Shown here: piece by piece, positions 52,494 through 61,238 of the stretch
Layout of the letters: the number at the start of each line of letters is the position of its first letter
Numbering within the stretch: the stretch's first letter is position 1
Source of the DNA: an uncultured Solirubrobacterales bacterium
Lineage (GTDB): Bacteria > Actinomycetota > Thermoleophilia > Solirubrobacterales > Solirubrobacteraceae
Assembly: GCA_963804675.1 (NCBI GenBank)
Contig: CAWDRI010000001.1
Location: 2,663,842-2,727,841 of the forward strand
Length of the DNA stretch: 64,000 bases
Reading direction: 5' to 3'
The notes under the pieces: model-generated
Told to the model about the DNA's origin: nothing
What the model saw: only the letters and a program-made list of their open reading frames with translations
Databases searched by the model: none
Program-made: the position numbers and the translations under genes

Positions 52494-53084
52494 TCAAACC
52501 CCGTGCAGGCCCCCGCGACCGCCGGCACCCTCGGTCCCCTGGTAGCGCAGCAGCGTGGGGCGCAGTTTTTGCAGCCACTCGATCTTCGCCTGCAGCTCCA
52601 TGGTCTCGGCTTCGTCCAATTCAGCATCGATCGCCTGCGGGAGCGTCATCTGGGCGGCGGGCGGCCGCTTCTTGCTCAAGCGCTTGAGCTCGGCGATGCG
52701 ATCGACGCACAGCTGTTCGTGTGCCCTGACCAGTTCGAGCATTCTCGGCACGTGCCACCGCTGACAGACCGCGAGCCGCAGGCGCAGCTCGTCGCGGATC
52801 GGATCCAATGGCAGCGATTCGGCCATCCACTCCTCAAAATGGCTCGTGCCCGTGGGCGTCGCACGAACGTTCGCGTTGCGCCGGCCGCCGGACTTGCGCC
52901 GCGCATTCGCGGACGTCGGCACCTCTTCGACATATCCGTCCTTGACGAGCGAGCCGATCGAGCTGTAAACAATCGAGTCGGCGAACTCCGCTACGCCCAG
53001 ACGTTCGTCAAAGCGCTGCTTGACGGCATAACAATAGCCCGGTCGATCGACGATCAACCCGAGAACTGCCTCCTTTGCAGACAT
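52494..53084 (-). CDS. PadR-family transcriptional regulator
   Basis: KEAVLGLIVDRPGYCYAV..VYSSIGSLVKDGYV..ATPTGTSHFEEWM..IRDELRLRL, AKIEWL. Confidence 0.75.
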   Translation of the reverse strand: MSAKEAVLGLIVDRPGYCYAVKQRFDERLGVAEFADSIVYSSIGSLVKDGYVEEVPTSANARRKSGGRRNANVRATPTGTSHFEEWMAESLPLDPIRDELRLRLAVCQRWHVPRMLELVRAHEQLCVDRIAELKRLSKKRPPAAQMTLPQAIDAELDEAETMELQAKIEWLQKLRPTLLRYQGTEGAGGRGGLHGV

Positions 53085-53184
53085 CACCGCGATCCTTTCT
53101 TCCCGGTCTATCCCCATAAGCCGTACAGAGGTCGGGCGATCATACCGGGGATCGCAAACCAACGCTGCCCGCCCAGAACAATCC

Positions 53185-53203
53185 CAAGATCTCGTCTTGA
53201 GAT
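53185..53203. promoter_or_regulatory. Overlapping inverted repeats upstream of padR-like gene
   Basis: CAAGA-N5-TCTTG and ATCTC-N5-GAGAT. Confidence 0.35.
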
Positions 53204-53415
53204 AAACATTTGGCTATGTTGAAGTCGTCCAAAACCGTCGTGCAACCGACGGGCGCCATCGCACGGCCGCCCTCGCAACGAGGATCGCCCACAGCAACAC
53301 ACACTGCACCCCAGGCGGCCAGGCGCTTACCCACAGGGCTTTGCTGCTAAGGGCCCGCCCTAAACGAGCGAGGAGAGATTCGAAGCCCGACCTTCAGGCT
53401 CCGCCAAGCCGGCGT

Positions 53416-54333
53416 CTACGCCGCGCCAACCACGGACCGCGCGCCCTCAGCCTCGGCCTTGCCATCGGGCTGCGCGGTCGTCAGCGACCCGTGTTCCTCG
53501 CGCGCGAGCGCGAGCGCTTCGTCGAGGCCGCGGCGCATGACGACGTCGGCGACGGGCTGTAGCAGCATCCGCAGCGGCAGGATCGCGCCGACCGGGCGTG
53601 GCGCGGTGACGCGCCGCGAGCGGCGCTCGATGCCGCGCTCGATCGCGTCGATCGCGACGCTCAGCGGCACCGTCCCGGGCGGCGTCGTGCGCGCGCGCCC
53701 GCGCGCGCGACGCGCGATCTGCGTGCGTCCGGCGCGGTTGTCAAAACCGCGTTTAACCATGTCGGTGTCGATGAAACCGAAATAACCCACGCCGACGCGC
53801 GCGCCGGAGCTGTGCAGCTCGATGCGCAGCGTATTGCCGAGCGCCTCGACCGCGGCCTTGGAGGCGTTGTAGGCGCCCATCATCGGCGCGTGCAGCGCAG
53901 CGGCGAGCGAGGCGATCGGCAGCGCGTAGCCGTTTGGGTGGGAGATGTGCGGGCCTGCGGCCCGCAGGGTGTTGTAGACGCCCAACAGGTTCACCGCGAT
54001 CGTCCGTTCGAAAAGCGCTGGGTCGCCCCCCACGATCGGCACGGCGGCGGCGACACCGGCGTTGGCCATCACGACGTCGAGCCCGCCGAGCCGCTCGACG
54101 GCGCCCTGCACCGCGCCCTCGACCTGGGCGCGGTCGGTGACGTCGCATTGAAACCACGGCGCGTCGCCGCACTGCGCGGCGACCTCTTCGAGCAGCTCGG
54201 GCTCGAGGCCCGCGAGCGCCAGGCGCGCGCCGCGGCCGTGCAGGCGCCGAGCGGTCTCAGCGCCGATCCCGCGCGCGGCGCCGGTGATGAGGACACGGCG
54301 GCCCTCCAGGGGAATGTTCTGGGTTCTGCTCAT
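53416..54333 (-). CDS. Short-chain dehydrogenase/reductase
   Basis: TGAARGIG, DVVMANAG, YNASK; ATG 54333. Confidence 0.92.
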   Translation of the reverse strand: MSRTQNIPLEGRRVLITGAARGIGAETARRLHGRGARLALAGLEPELLEEVAAQCGDAPWFQCDVTDRAQVEGAVQGAVERLGGLDVVMANAGVAAAVPIVGGDPALFERTIAVNLLGVYNTLRAAGPHISHPNGYALPIASLAAALHAPMMGAYNASKAAVEALGNTLRIELHSSGARVGVGYFGFIDTDMVKRGFDNRAGRTQIARRARGRARTTPPGTVPLSVAIDAIERGIERRSRRVTAPRPVGAILPLRMLLQPVADVVMRRGLDEALALAREEHGSLTTAQPDGKAEAEGARSVVGAA

Positions 54334-54383
54334 CTCACGCTCCAATCTAGTGCGGCCTCCCACAGGGAGCCTACCGCCCCGGC

Positions 54384-55193
54384 TCAGCGCACGGTCAGCG
54401 TCGCTTTCATGCCTTTGGCCTCGTGGCCGGGCAGCGAGCAGAACAGCGTGTAGGTGCCGGCGTGCAGGTTGAGCGTCAGCGAGGCGTGCGTCCCCGGCGA
54501 GCTGGTCGGGAACGCGCCGGCTTCGCTGCTGGTCGCGGATTCCGCGAAGTGCAGGTTGTGGGGGTCTTCGCCGCCGTTGACGAACTGCACGACGACGGGG
54601 CCCGCGGGAACTTCCGAGCGCGAGAGCGTGAAGCTGTACTCCTTGGCGATCACCTGCACGCGCGCCGGGCCACCTTCAGGGCTTTCCACGGGCGCGCCGC
54701 CGGCGGGCGCCGAAGACCCCCCACCCGCCGGGGCGCCCGCCGCTGGGGGCGCCGTCCCCCCGCCGGCGGTGCTCGTGGGGCCAGCCGCCGGCACCGCCGG
54801 CGCGGTGGCAAAGGGTCCCCCGGAACTCGGCGCAGCGGAGGCACCAACAGACTGGCCCGCTGGCAGCGAGCGCTTGCAACGGCGCCGGTGACGGTGGCGG
54901 TGCGCCGCACAGCTGTGTGCATCCCGGCGGGCTGGCCGATGTGCACGTCGGTGCGCGGACCTGCCCGCGTCCCGCCGGCCGGGCCTTCGCGCTCGCCCGC
55001 GGCCGAGCGTGTCGGTAGAGCGCGCGTCGTGCTGGGCGGAGGCTCGCCGGCTGGCGTGCGGTGCGCTGGCCGAGGCGGCGCCGGCGGCGAGGACCGCGCT
55101 CAGGGCGGCCACCGCGCAGAGCGCGGCGAGCACCGCGGCTGCCGCCGCGCCCCTGGGCGACGCCCACCCCCGCGCGCGCAGCGCGCTCCTCAT
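54384..55193 (-). CDS. Secreted cupredoxin (plastocyanin/azurin-like) domain protein
   Basis: Signal peptide, His/Arg-rich linker, DPHNL and YTLFCSLPGHEAKGM type-1 copper ligands. Confidence 0.8.
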   Translation of the reverse strand: MRSALRARGWASPRGAAAAAVLAALCAVAALSAVLAAGAASASAPHASRRASAQHDARSTDTLGRGRARRPGRRDAGRSAHRRAHRPARRDAHSCAAHRHRHRRRCKRSLPAGQSVGASAAPSSGGPFATAPAVPAAGPTSTAGGGTAPPAAGAPAGGGSSAPAGGAPVESPEGGPARVQVIAKEYSFTLSRSEVPAGPVVVQFVNGGEDPHNLHFAESATSSEAGAFPTSSPGTHASLTLNLHAGTYTLFCSLPGHEAKGMKATLTVR

Positions 55194-56581
55194 GCCTTAA
55201 CCAGCGTGGCTCGCGGGAACGACGCGGCTTCGGGGATCACGAGACCGGCTTCGGTCTGAAACCACTGCTCCAGCAGCGAGCAGTACATCGAGCGGAAGTC
55301 AGAGGTGTTGAGCGTGTTTTCGTTTTCGTCGAGTTTGGCCAGGCCGGGGAACTCGCCGACCATCTGACCGGCGGCGCGGGTGCCGATCAGGAAGGCGACG
55401 CCGCCGGCGCCGTGGTCGGTGCCCGAGCCGTTTTCGCGCGGCCGGCGGCCGAACTCCGACCACAGCTGGATCAGCACGCGGTCGGCCAGGCCGCGGGCTT
55501 CGAGGTCGCGCTGGAAGGCGAGCACGGATTCGACGCTCTGCCCGAGGTTGGTCGCGAGCGTGGTGGCCTCGTCGGAGTGCGTGTCGAACGAGCCCACGGC
55601 AGTCAGCGAGGCGCATCTGATCGGCAGCCCGGCGGCGAGCATCGCGGCGAGCGCGGCGAGCCGTTCGGGGAATTCGCCGCCGGCGGTCGGGTAGGTGACC
55701 GGCGAGATGTAGGTCGGTTTGCCGTCGGGGCCGACGAACGGCGCCATCTGGTCGAGCACGAGCTTGGTGTCCAGCGAGGCGGCGCGGGCCTGGGCGTAGG
55801 CGGGCGAGGGCGCCGGCAGTTCGCCGAGTGCGCCGAACGTGTCGAGCGCGGGGCCGAGCACCGGTTCGTCCAGGCCGTAGGCCCACATGTTGTAGCCGGC
55901 GGGCGAGGAGACGGCGGCGACGGGCACCTTGGCAGTCGCGAGCGCCGGCGCGAGGCTGTAGTCCAGCGAGAGGCCCTGAAGGGGATTGCCGGGTTCGCCG
56001 GTGGCGTCCAGAAAACGCCCGATCCAGCCGGTGCGGGTATTGGTGTCGAGCTGGCCGACCTCCCAGTAGTGGCGGCTGGTGAAATGACTCTCGTCCTGCG
56101 GCTGGTAGCCGACGGCGGGAAAGACGGTGACCTTGCCTTCTGTGTGCAGCGTCGCCAGGCCGGCGGCGTTGGGGTTCCACATCAGGCTGGGGTCCTCGCT
56201 GAACACCGGCCCGGCGCCTTCGGCGAGGCCGAGTTCGGGGCGCAGTTCGTGGTAGAGCGTTTCCTTGACCGGCGCGAGCACCGACAGCGCGTCCCAGCCG
56301 CCTTCCATGAAGATCGACACGAGCACCGGCTGGTCGGGCGGCGCCGCCGCGGCGGCCTGGGCGATGCCCGCTTCGAAATGGCGCGGCGAGAACATCGAGG
56401 CGCCATAGACGGACAGCATCGCGCCGGCGGAGCGCAGCAGAAACGAACGGCGGTCCAGGCCGGTGCCGGCGGGCAGCGGCATTCCTGGCTCGATCGCGGG
56501 CAGCCCGCGGCCGGCGACAGCGGCGCCGCGACGCAGCAGCTGGGCGCGGTTGAAGTCGTTGCAGGAGCAGCCGCTCGACAT
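55190..56581 (-). CDS. DUF1501 family protein, Tat-exported
   Basis: LDRRSFLL Tat motif; FMEGGWD, SHFTS, GWIGR, FDTH, SEFGRR..ENGSGTDHG, DFRSMY. Confidence 0.88.
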   Translation of the reverse strand: MSSGCSCNDFNRAQLLRRGAAVAGRGLPAIEPGMPLPAGTGLDRRSFLLRSAGAMLSVYGASMFSPRHFEAGIAQAAAAAPPDQPVLVSIFMEGGWDALSVLAPVKETLYHELRPELGLAEGAGPVFSEDPSLMWNPNAAGLATLHTEGKVTVFPAVGYQPQDESHFTSRHYWEVGQLDTNTRTGWIGRFLDATGEPGNPLQGLSLDYSLAPALATAKVPVAAVSSPAGYNMWAYGLDEPVLGPALDTFGALGELPAPSPAYAQARAASLDTKLVLDQMAPFVGPDGKPTYISPVTYPTAGGEFPERLAALAAMLAAGLPIRCASLTAVGSFDTHSDEATTLATNLGQSVESVLAFQRDLEARGLADRVLIQLWSEFGRRPRENGSGTDHGAGGVAFLIGTRAAGQMVGEFPGLAKLDENENTLNTSDFRSMYCSLLEQWFQTEAGLVIPEAASFPRATLVKA

Positions 56582-56582
56582 G

Positions 56583-56690
56583 GTCAGCTCACCTCGTGGT
56601 CGTAGAACACGGTCATCGTCGGCTTGCGCGCGCGGGCGCAGTCACGGTCATCGTCGGCTTGCGCGCGGAGTTGAGCACGTCAGCTCACCT
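56583..56690. repeat. 12-bp direct repeats 96 bp apart enclosing two 25-bp direct repeats
   Basis: GTCAGCTCACCT at 56583 and 56679; CACGGTCATCGTCGGCTTGCGCGCG at 56608 and 56643. Confidence 0.85.
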
Positions 56691-58296
56691 GCATGTCGGG
56701 GGCGGTGGCGATCAACATGCGCAGGGCGTTCTGGCGCAGCGCGCGGTAGGGGCTCTGCTCCCATTCGGCCATTTCGGCCGGCAGGCAGGACTGCGCGAAG
56801 GCCGCGATCGCGCCCAGCGATTCCTCGGAGAGCGGCGGATTGCCCCAGTAGGCCATCGCGTAGGACAGCGCTTCACGGTAATCCTCGGTGGCGCTGTATT
56901 CGCCTTCACCTTCCTTGGGCCATGGGTCGGCGTAAGTCTTTTGGGTGACGTAGCTGGCGATTTCCCAGCGCGCCTTGCAGGTCGAGGTGTCAAGCCAGCG
57001 CGAGAATTCCCAGCCCGCGACGTTGGGCGGGTAGAACAGCTGCTGGCCGGCGGAGGCTGAGAGCCAGGTCCAGGCAGTCGTGTCGATGTAGCGCCCGGTC
57101 GCGCGCAACAGGCCGGCGTTGTAGACCACGGGCGGCGTCAGGAGCTCGGGGCCTTCGTAGAAGTCGGGGTGCTGCAGGATCGCCTCGACGACGGCGCGGA
57201 TGCTGTGCCCGCTTTCGATGTACACACCTTGCAGCGAAGCGAGCGTCGCTTCGTCGGGTTCGGCGGGGATGAAGTAACCCCACAGCTTGGTGACGAAGAA
57301 CGAGGCGTGCAGCGGGTGTTCGACGCACAGGCGCACCGCGTCTTCCCAGTTCCAGTTGCCGGTCTGGCCGAACACGGTCTTCTGGCCCTCGTCGTGGCGA
57401 GACTGGTCGAAGTGGAAGTTTTGCAGGCCGAGGTCTTCTGACCATTCCGCGGTCCAGCCGGTCAGCGCGCGCCCCATTTCGTGCACGTCGTCCTGCGTGT
57501 AGGCGCCGCGGTCGGCGCCGAGTGAGAACAGCTCCATCATCTCGCGGGCGTAGTTCTCGTTGACTTCCCAACGGTCGTTGTAGATGCCGTCGAGGAACAC
57601 GAGCATCGCGGGGTTGGCGGTGACGGCCAGGAACAGGTCGTGGAAGCTGCCGAACGCCATCGAGCGAAACAGCTGGTTCTGGTCGAGCATCAGCTGCGGG
57701 CTGTCAACCTTTTCGTTGGAGTTGGCAAACCAGTCGTGCAAGATGTAGGTCATGCGCTCGACCAGCGGCTGGTTGGTGCGGATCATGCGATCCAGCCACC
57801 AGCAATGATCGTCACCCCACGTGTCGATCGGGTCCAGCGGGTTGCCTTCTTCGTCGTGGGGCGCCGGGCCCGAGAGGACCTCTTCGCCGCTGGGGCGCGT
57901 GAGACCAAAGACGGCCTGCTGGACGGGCTGGCCGGCGAGCGCCTGCGCTTCGCCGGGCCGCGGCCCGAAGCCCGCACGCCAGAGCAGCCGCTGGGCGCCG
58001 AGCGCGCTCAGAGGACCGCCGAGCGCGGGGGCCGGCGCAGACGACGGTGCCGGCGGGTTGGCCGGCGCGACCGGCAGCGCGACCGCCGGCGCGGCGAGCA
58101 CGCTCTTGTGACGGACCCCGCGGTGGTGATGGCGATGGCGGCGGCGATGGCCGCGATGGTGACGACGATGACGATGAACGAGGCGAGCGCTGGCGCGCTC
58201 GCCTGGATGGTGGGCGTGGCCCGCGTCACGCGCGTCGCCCGCCTCAGTCGAGGCTTGAGCGCGATCCCGCGTTGCGAGCCCCATCCCGGCCACCAT
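56680..58296 (-). CDS. DUF1800 family protein with His/Arg-rich N-terminus
   Basis: LLWRAGFGP, LVERMT..HDWF, PAMLVFLD, NENYAREMMELFSLG, RALTGW, PPNVAGW; start uncertain. Confidence 0.88.
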   Translation of the reverse strand: MVAGMGLATRDRAQASTEAGDARDAGHAHHPGERASARLVHRHRRHHRGHRRRHRHHHRGVRHKSVLAAPAVALPVAPANPPAPSSAPAPALGGPLSALGAQRLLWRAGFGPRPGEAQALAGQPVQQAVFGLTRPSGEEVLSGPAPHDEEGNPLDPIDTWGDDHCWWLDRMIRTNQPLVERMTYILHDWFANSNEKVDSPQLMLDQNQLFRSMAFGSFHDLFLAVTANPAMLVFLDGIYNDRWEVNENYAREMMELFSLGADRGAYTQDDVHEMGRALTGWTAEWSEDLGLQNFHFDQSRHDEGQKTVFGQTGNWNWEDAVRLCVEHPLHASFFVTKLWGYFIPAEPDEATLASLQGVYIESGHSIRAVVEAILQHPDFYEGPELLTPPVVYNAGLLRATGRYIDTTAWTWLSASAGQQLFYPPNVAGWEFSRWLDTSTCKARWEIASYVTQKTYADPWPKEGEGEYSATEDYREALSYAMAYWGNPPLSEESLGAIAAFAQSCLPAEMAEWEQSPYRALRQNALRMLIATAPDMQVS

Positions 58297-58390
58297 CAGG
58301 CGCGGCTCGGTCCCAGGCGCCCCCGACTTGCGCGCGGAGGGGGTGCACTCGACGGATGTTCGAGTGGCTGCCGGCGCCGGCGCGGCGCGG

Positions 58391-58425
58391 CAGGTGTTTG
58401 CCAGGCGGTCAGGTGTTTGCCAGGC
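58391..58425. promoter_or_regulatory. 16-bp direct repeat upstream of DUF1800 gene
   Basis: CAGGTGTTTGCCAGGC at 58391 and 58410. Confidence 0.4.
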
Positions 58426-58471
58426 CCCCATTCGCGCGCGCGTACGCGCGTACGCGCGCGCCGCCGCGAAT

Positions 58472-58580
58472 GGCACCCCAATCGTGCAATCACCCCGCGG
58501 CACCCCAGCCGTGCAATCACCCCGCGGCACCCCAGCCGTGCAATCACGCCGGCGGCACCCCAACCGTGCGCAATCACCCC
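58472..58580. repeat. Four-copy 27-28 bp tandem repeat
   Basis: GGCACCCCA(A/G)(T/C)CGTGCAATCACCCCGC units; last unit contains the LysR stop. Confidence 0.88.
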
Positions 58581-59437
58581 CGCGCCAGCGCAACAAAGGC
58601 AGCCGCGGCGGCGGAGAGGGGCCCGTCGCGCTGGACGAGGCCGATGCGCCGGGCGATGCGGGGTCGTGAGGCCCGCACGACTGCGCCGCGACGGCCTGCC
58701 TCGCGCGCGAGCGGGGCAGGCAGCAGGGCGGCGCCGGCGCCGGCGAGCACCAGGGGGACGATTGCCTCGCGCGAGGCGATCTCGACGGCGATACGCGGCG
58801 CGACGTCGACGGCCTGCAGGGCTTGTTCGAGCAGGAGCCGAGTGGAGGTGCCGGGCGGGCTGAGCACTAGCGGGACGGCGCGCAGGGAGGCGGGCGCGAG
58901 CGGGCCGCCGGCGGCGCTGCCGGGCGGCAGGACGAACAGCAGCTCCTGGACGCCCAGCTCGAAGGTGAGCAGCCGCTCGGCGGGCAGCGGCAGGTGCGCG
59001 AGTCCCAGCTCGCACTCGCCGGTGCGCACCAGGGTGGCGACGTCCTCGGCGCTCTCGGGCTCGCGTACGCGCACGGCGACGCCGGGGTGGGCGAGGCGGA
59101 AATGGCCGATCAGCGCGCTGAGCGGGTCGACGGCAAGGGTCGCGAGGGCAGCGATCGCAAGCGTGCCGGCGGCCAGCTCGGCGACCTCGCCGACAGCGGC
59201 GCGGGCGCTGTCGAGCACGCGCAGCGCCTGACGCGCGGGGCCCACGAGCGCCTCGCCGGCGGAGCTCAGGCGCAGGCCGCGGCCGGCGCGCACGAACAGC
59301 GCGGCGCCGAGCTCGCGCTCCAAAGCGCGCAGCGACTGGGAGAGCGAGGGCTGGGCGAGGTGCAGGCGCGCGGCGGCACGGGTGACGGCGCCGTCCTCGA
59401 CGACCGCGAGGAAGTGTCGCAGGTGGCGTTCATCCAT
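58574..59437 (-). CDS. LysR-family transcriptional regulator
   Basis: LRHFLAVVEDGAVTRAAARLHLAQPSLSQSLRALERELGAALF. Confidence 0.93.
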   Translation of the reverse strand: MDERHLRHFLAVVEDGAVTRAAARLHLAQPSLSQSLRALERELGAALFVRAGRGLRLSSAGEALVGPARQALRVLDSARAAVGEVAELAAGTLAIAALATLAVDPLSALIGHFRLAHPGVAVRVREPESAEDVATLVRTGECELGLAHLPLPAERLLTFELGVQELLFVLPPGSAAGGPLAPASLRAVPLVLSPPGTSTRLLLEQALQAVDVAPRIAVEIASREAIVPLVLAGAGAALLPAPLAREAGRRGAVVRASRPRIARRIGLVQRDGPLSAAAAAFVALARG

Positions 59438-59450
59438 AGGTAAAACCTAT
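59436..59450. promoter_or_regulatory. LysR binding box candidate
   Basis: ATAGG-N5-CCTAT containing T-N11-A, between divergent lysR and MFS genes. Confidence 0.6.
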
Positions 59451-59507
59451 CAAACAAAGACAAAATTCGTATTTGACCTATCTGTGCGGGGGCGCTGAAA
59501 TGGGTGT

Positions 59508-61238
59508 ATGGCAACGGAAGCCGTCATCGCCCAGCTGCTGCGCGAGCCGCGCCGCCCGGCGGCGGTGCGCGCCAGCTCGCGCGCGCGGTGGTTCGTCGTC
59601 GCGACGGTTTGCATCGGGGCGTTCATGGGCCAGCTCGACGCGAGCATCGTCACGCTCGCACTGCCGCACATCGGCGCGGCGCTGCACGCCGGCGCGGGCA
59701 CGACGCGGTGGGTGGCGCTGGCGTACCTGCTCGCGCTGACGGGCACGCTCGTGGCGGTCGGCAGGCTCGCGGACCGCTTCGGGCGCAAGCTGCTGTACCT
59801 GTACGGTTTTGCGGTGTTCACCGCGGGGTCGGCGCTGTGCGGGCTGGCGGGCGACCTCGGTTGGCTGATCGCCGCGCGGGTGCTGCAGGGGTTCGGCGCC
59901 GCGTTGCTGCAGGCCAACAGTGTCGCGCTGATCGCCACCGCATTGCGACGCGGGGAGCTGGCGCGCGGGATCGGCGTGCAGGGCGCGGCGCAGGCGAGCG
60001 GACTCGCGCTCGGGCCGGTGCTCGGCGGGCTGCTGCTCGCGCTCGGCGGGTGGCGGCTGATCTTTCTGGTGAACCTGCCGGCGGGGGTCGTGGGGTTCGC
60101 GCTGGGGTGGGTGCTGCTGCCGCGCAGCCGGCCCGATGCGCTGTACGCCAGCGCCGCTGCGCGGGATCGCCGCGCCCGCGTGGACCGGCCGATCGCGCAG
60201 GATCGCCCCGACCGCCTGGACCGGCCGATCGCGCACGACCACCCCGCCCCCACCCCCTTTGACTGGCCCGGCGCGGCGCTGCTGGCGGGCGCGCTCGGCG
60301 CGCTGATGCTGCTGCTGTCACTCGCGGGATCGGTGCTGCACAGCCCGCCGCAAGCGCTCGCGCTGGCGGTCCTCACGGTGGGGCTGTTCGCGGCGCTGTT
60401 CAGGCGCGAGCGGCGCGCGCCCGCGCCGGTGCTCGACCTGGCGCTGCTGCGCCGGCCGGCGCTCGCCCGCGGTTTGACCGCGGCGGGGGCGGCGTATGTC
60501 GTGATGTTCGGGGCGCTGTACGTGGTGCCCTACTACCTGGCCGCCGCCGCCGTGCCGGTCGCGCTGGCGGGCGCGCAGCTGGCGGCGCTGCCGCTCGCGC
60601 TGGGGATCGCCGCGCCGCTGGCGGGCCGCGCGGCGGGACGGCTGCAGCCGCGCACGCTGACCGCCGGCGGGCTGGCGCTGGCCGGCGCCGGCCTGCTCGT
60701 GCTCGCGCTCGAGCACGATCTGGCGGGCCGTCTGAGCGGGCTGGCGCTGGCGGGCGCCGGGCTGGGAGCATTCGTGCCGGTGAACAGCGCTTCTGTGATG
60801 GGTTTCGCGCCGCAGAGCGGCGCGGGAGGGTTGAGTGGCGTGCTCAACACGACGCGCGGCGTGGGGACGGCGCTTGGGGTCGCGCTGGCGGGTCTGCTCT
60901 ACGGCACGACGGTCGGCTCGGCGGGGGCCGGCGCGCACGGGACCGGCGCGAATGCCCTCTACGGCGCGACAGTCGGCTCCGCGGGGGGGGCGGCGCGTGC
61001 GACGGCGGCCGGTGTCAACGCCGCCGCGGCGGGACGCGGGCTGACCGTGACGCTGCTCGCACTCGCCGCGGTCGCGCTCGGCGCGGCTGTGCTGGCACGC
61101 CGCGCGCTCACCAGCACGAGCCCGGCGAGCAGGCTGGAGACGAGCATCAGCCGCCAGGCGCCGGCGAAGTCGCCGGCGGTGCGTGCCGTGCCGACGGCGG
61201 CGATGAGCGCCGCCGCGCCCAGCGCCGAGCCGAGCTGA
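59508..61238 (+). CDS. MFS transporter, DHA2 family
   Basis: FMGQLDASIVTLALP, GRLADRFGRK, ARVLQGFG, LGPVLGG..WRLIFLVNLP. Confidence 0.9.
   Translation: MATEAVIAQLLREPRRPAAVRASSRARWFVVATVCIGAFMGQLDASIVTLALPHIGAALHAGAGTTRWVALAYLLALTGTLVAVGRLADRFGRKLLYLYGFAVFTAGSALCGLAGDLGWLIAARVLQGFGAALLQANSVALIATALRRGELARGIGVQGAAQASGLALGPVLGGLLLALGGWRLIFLVNLPAGVVGFALGWVLLPRSRPDALYASAAARDRRARVDRPIAQDRPDRLDRPIAHDHPAPTPFDWPGAALLAGALGALMLLLSLAGSVLHSPPQALALAVLTVGLFAALFRRERRAPAPVLDLALLRRPALARGLTAAGAAYVVMFGALYVVPYYLAAAAVPVALAGAQLAALPLALGIAAPLAGRAAGRLQPRTLTAGGLALAGAGLLVLALEHDLAGRLSGLALAGAGLGAFVPVNSASVMGFAPQSGAGGLSGVLNTTRGVGTALGVALAGLLYGTTVGSAGAGAHGTGANALYGATVGSAGGAARATAAGVNAAAAGRGLTVTLLALAAVALGAAVLARRALTSTSPASRLETSISRQAPAKSPAVRAVPTAAMSAAAPSAEPS

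Noticed and set aside
58472-58580. CRISPR array
   Set aside because: 27-28 bp units are contiguous with no spacers and no cas genes; the same applies to the 55-bp pair at 15236
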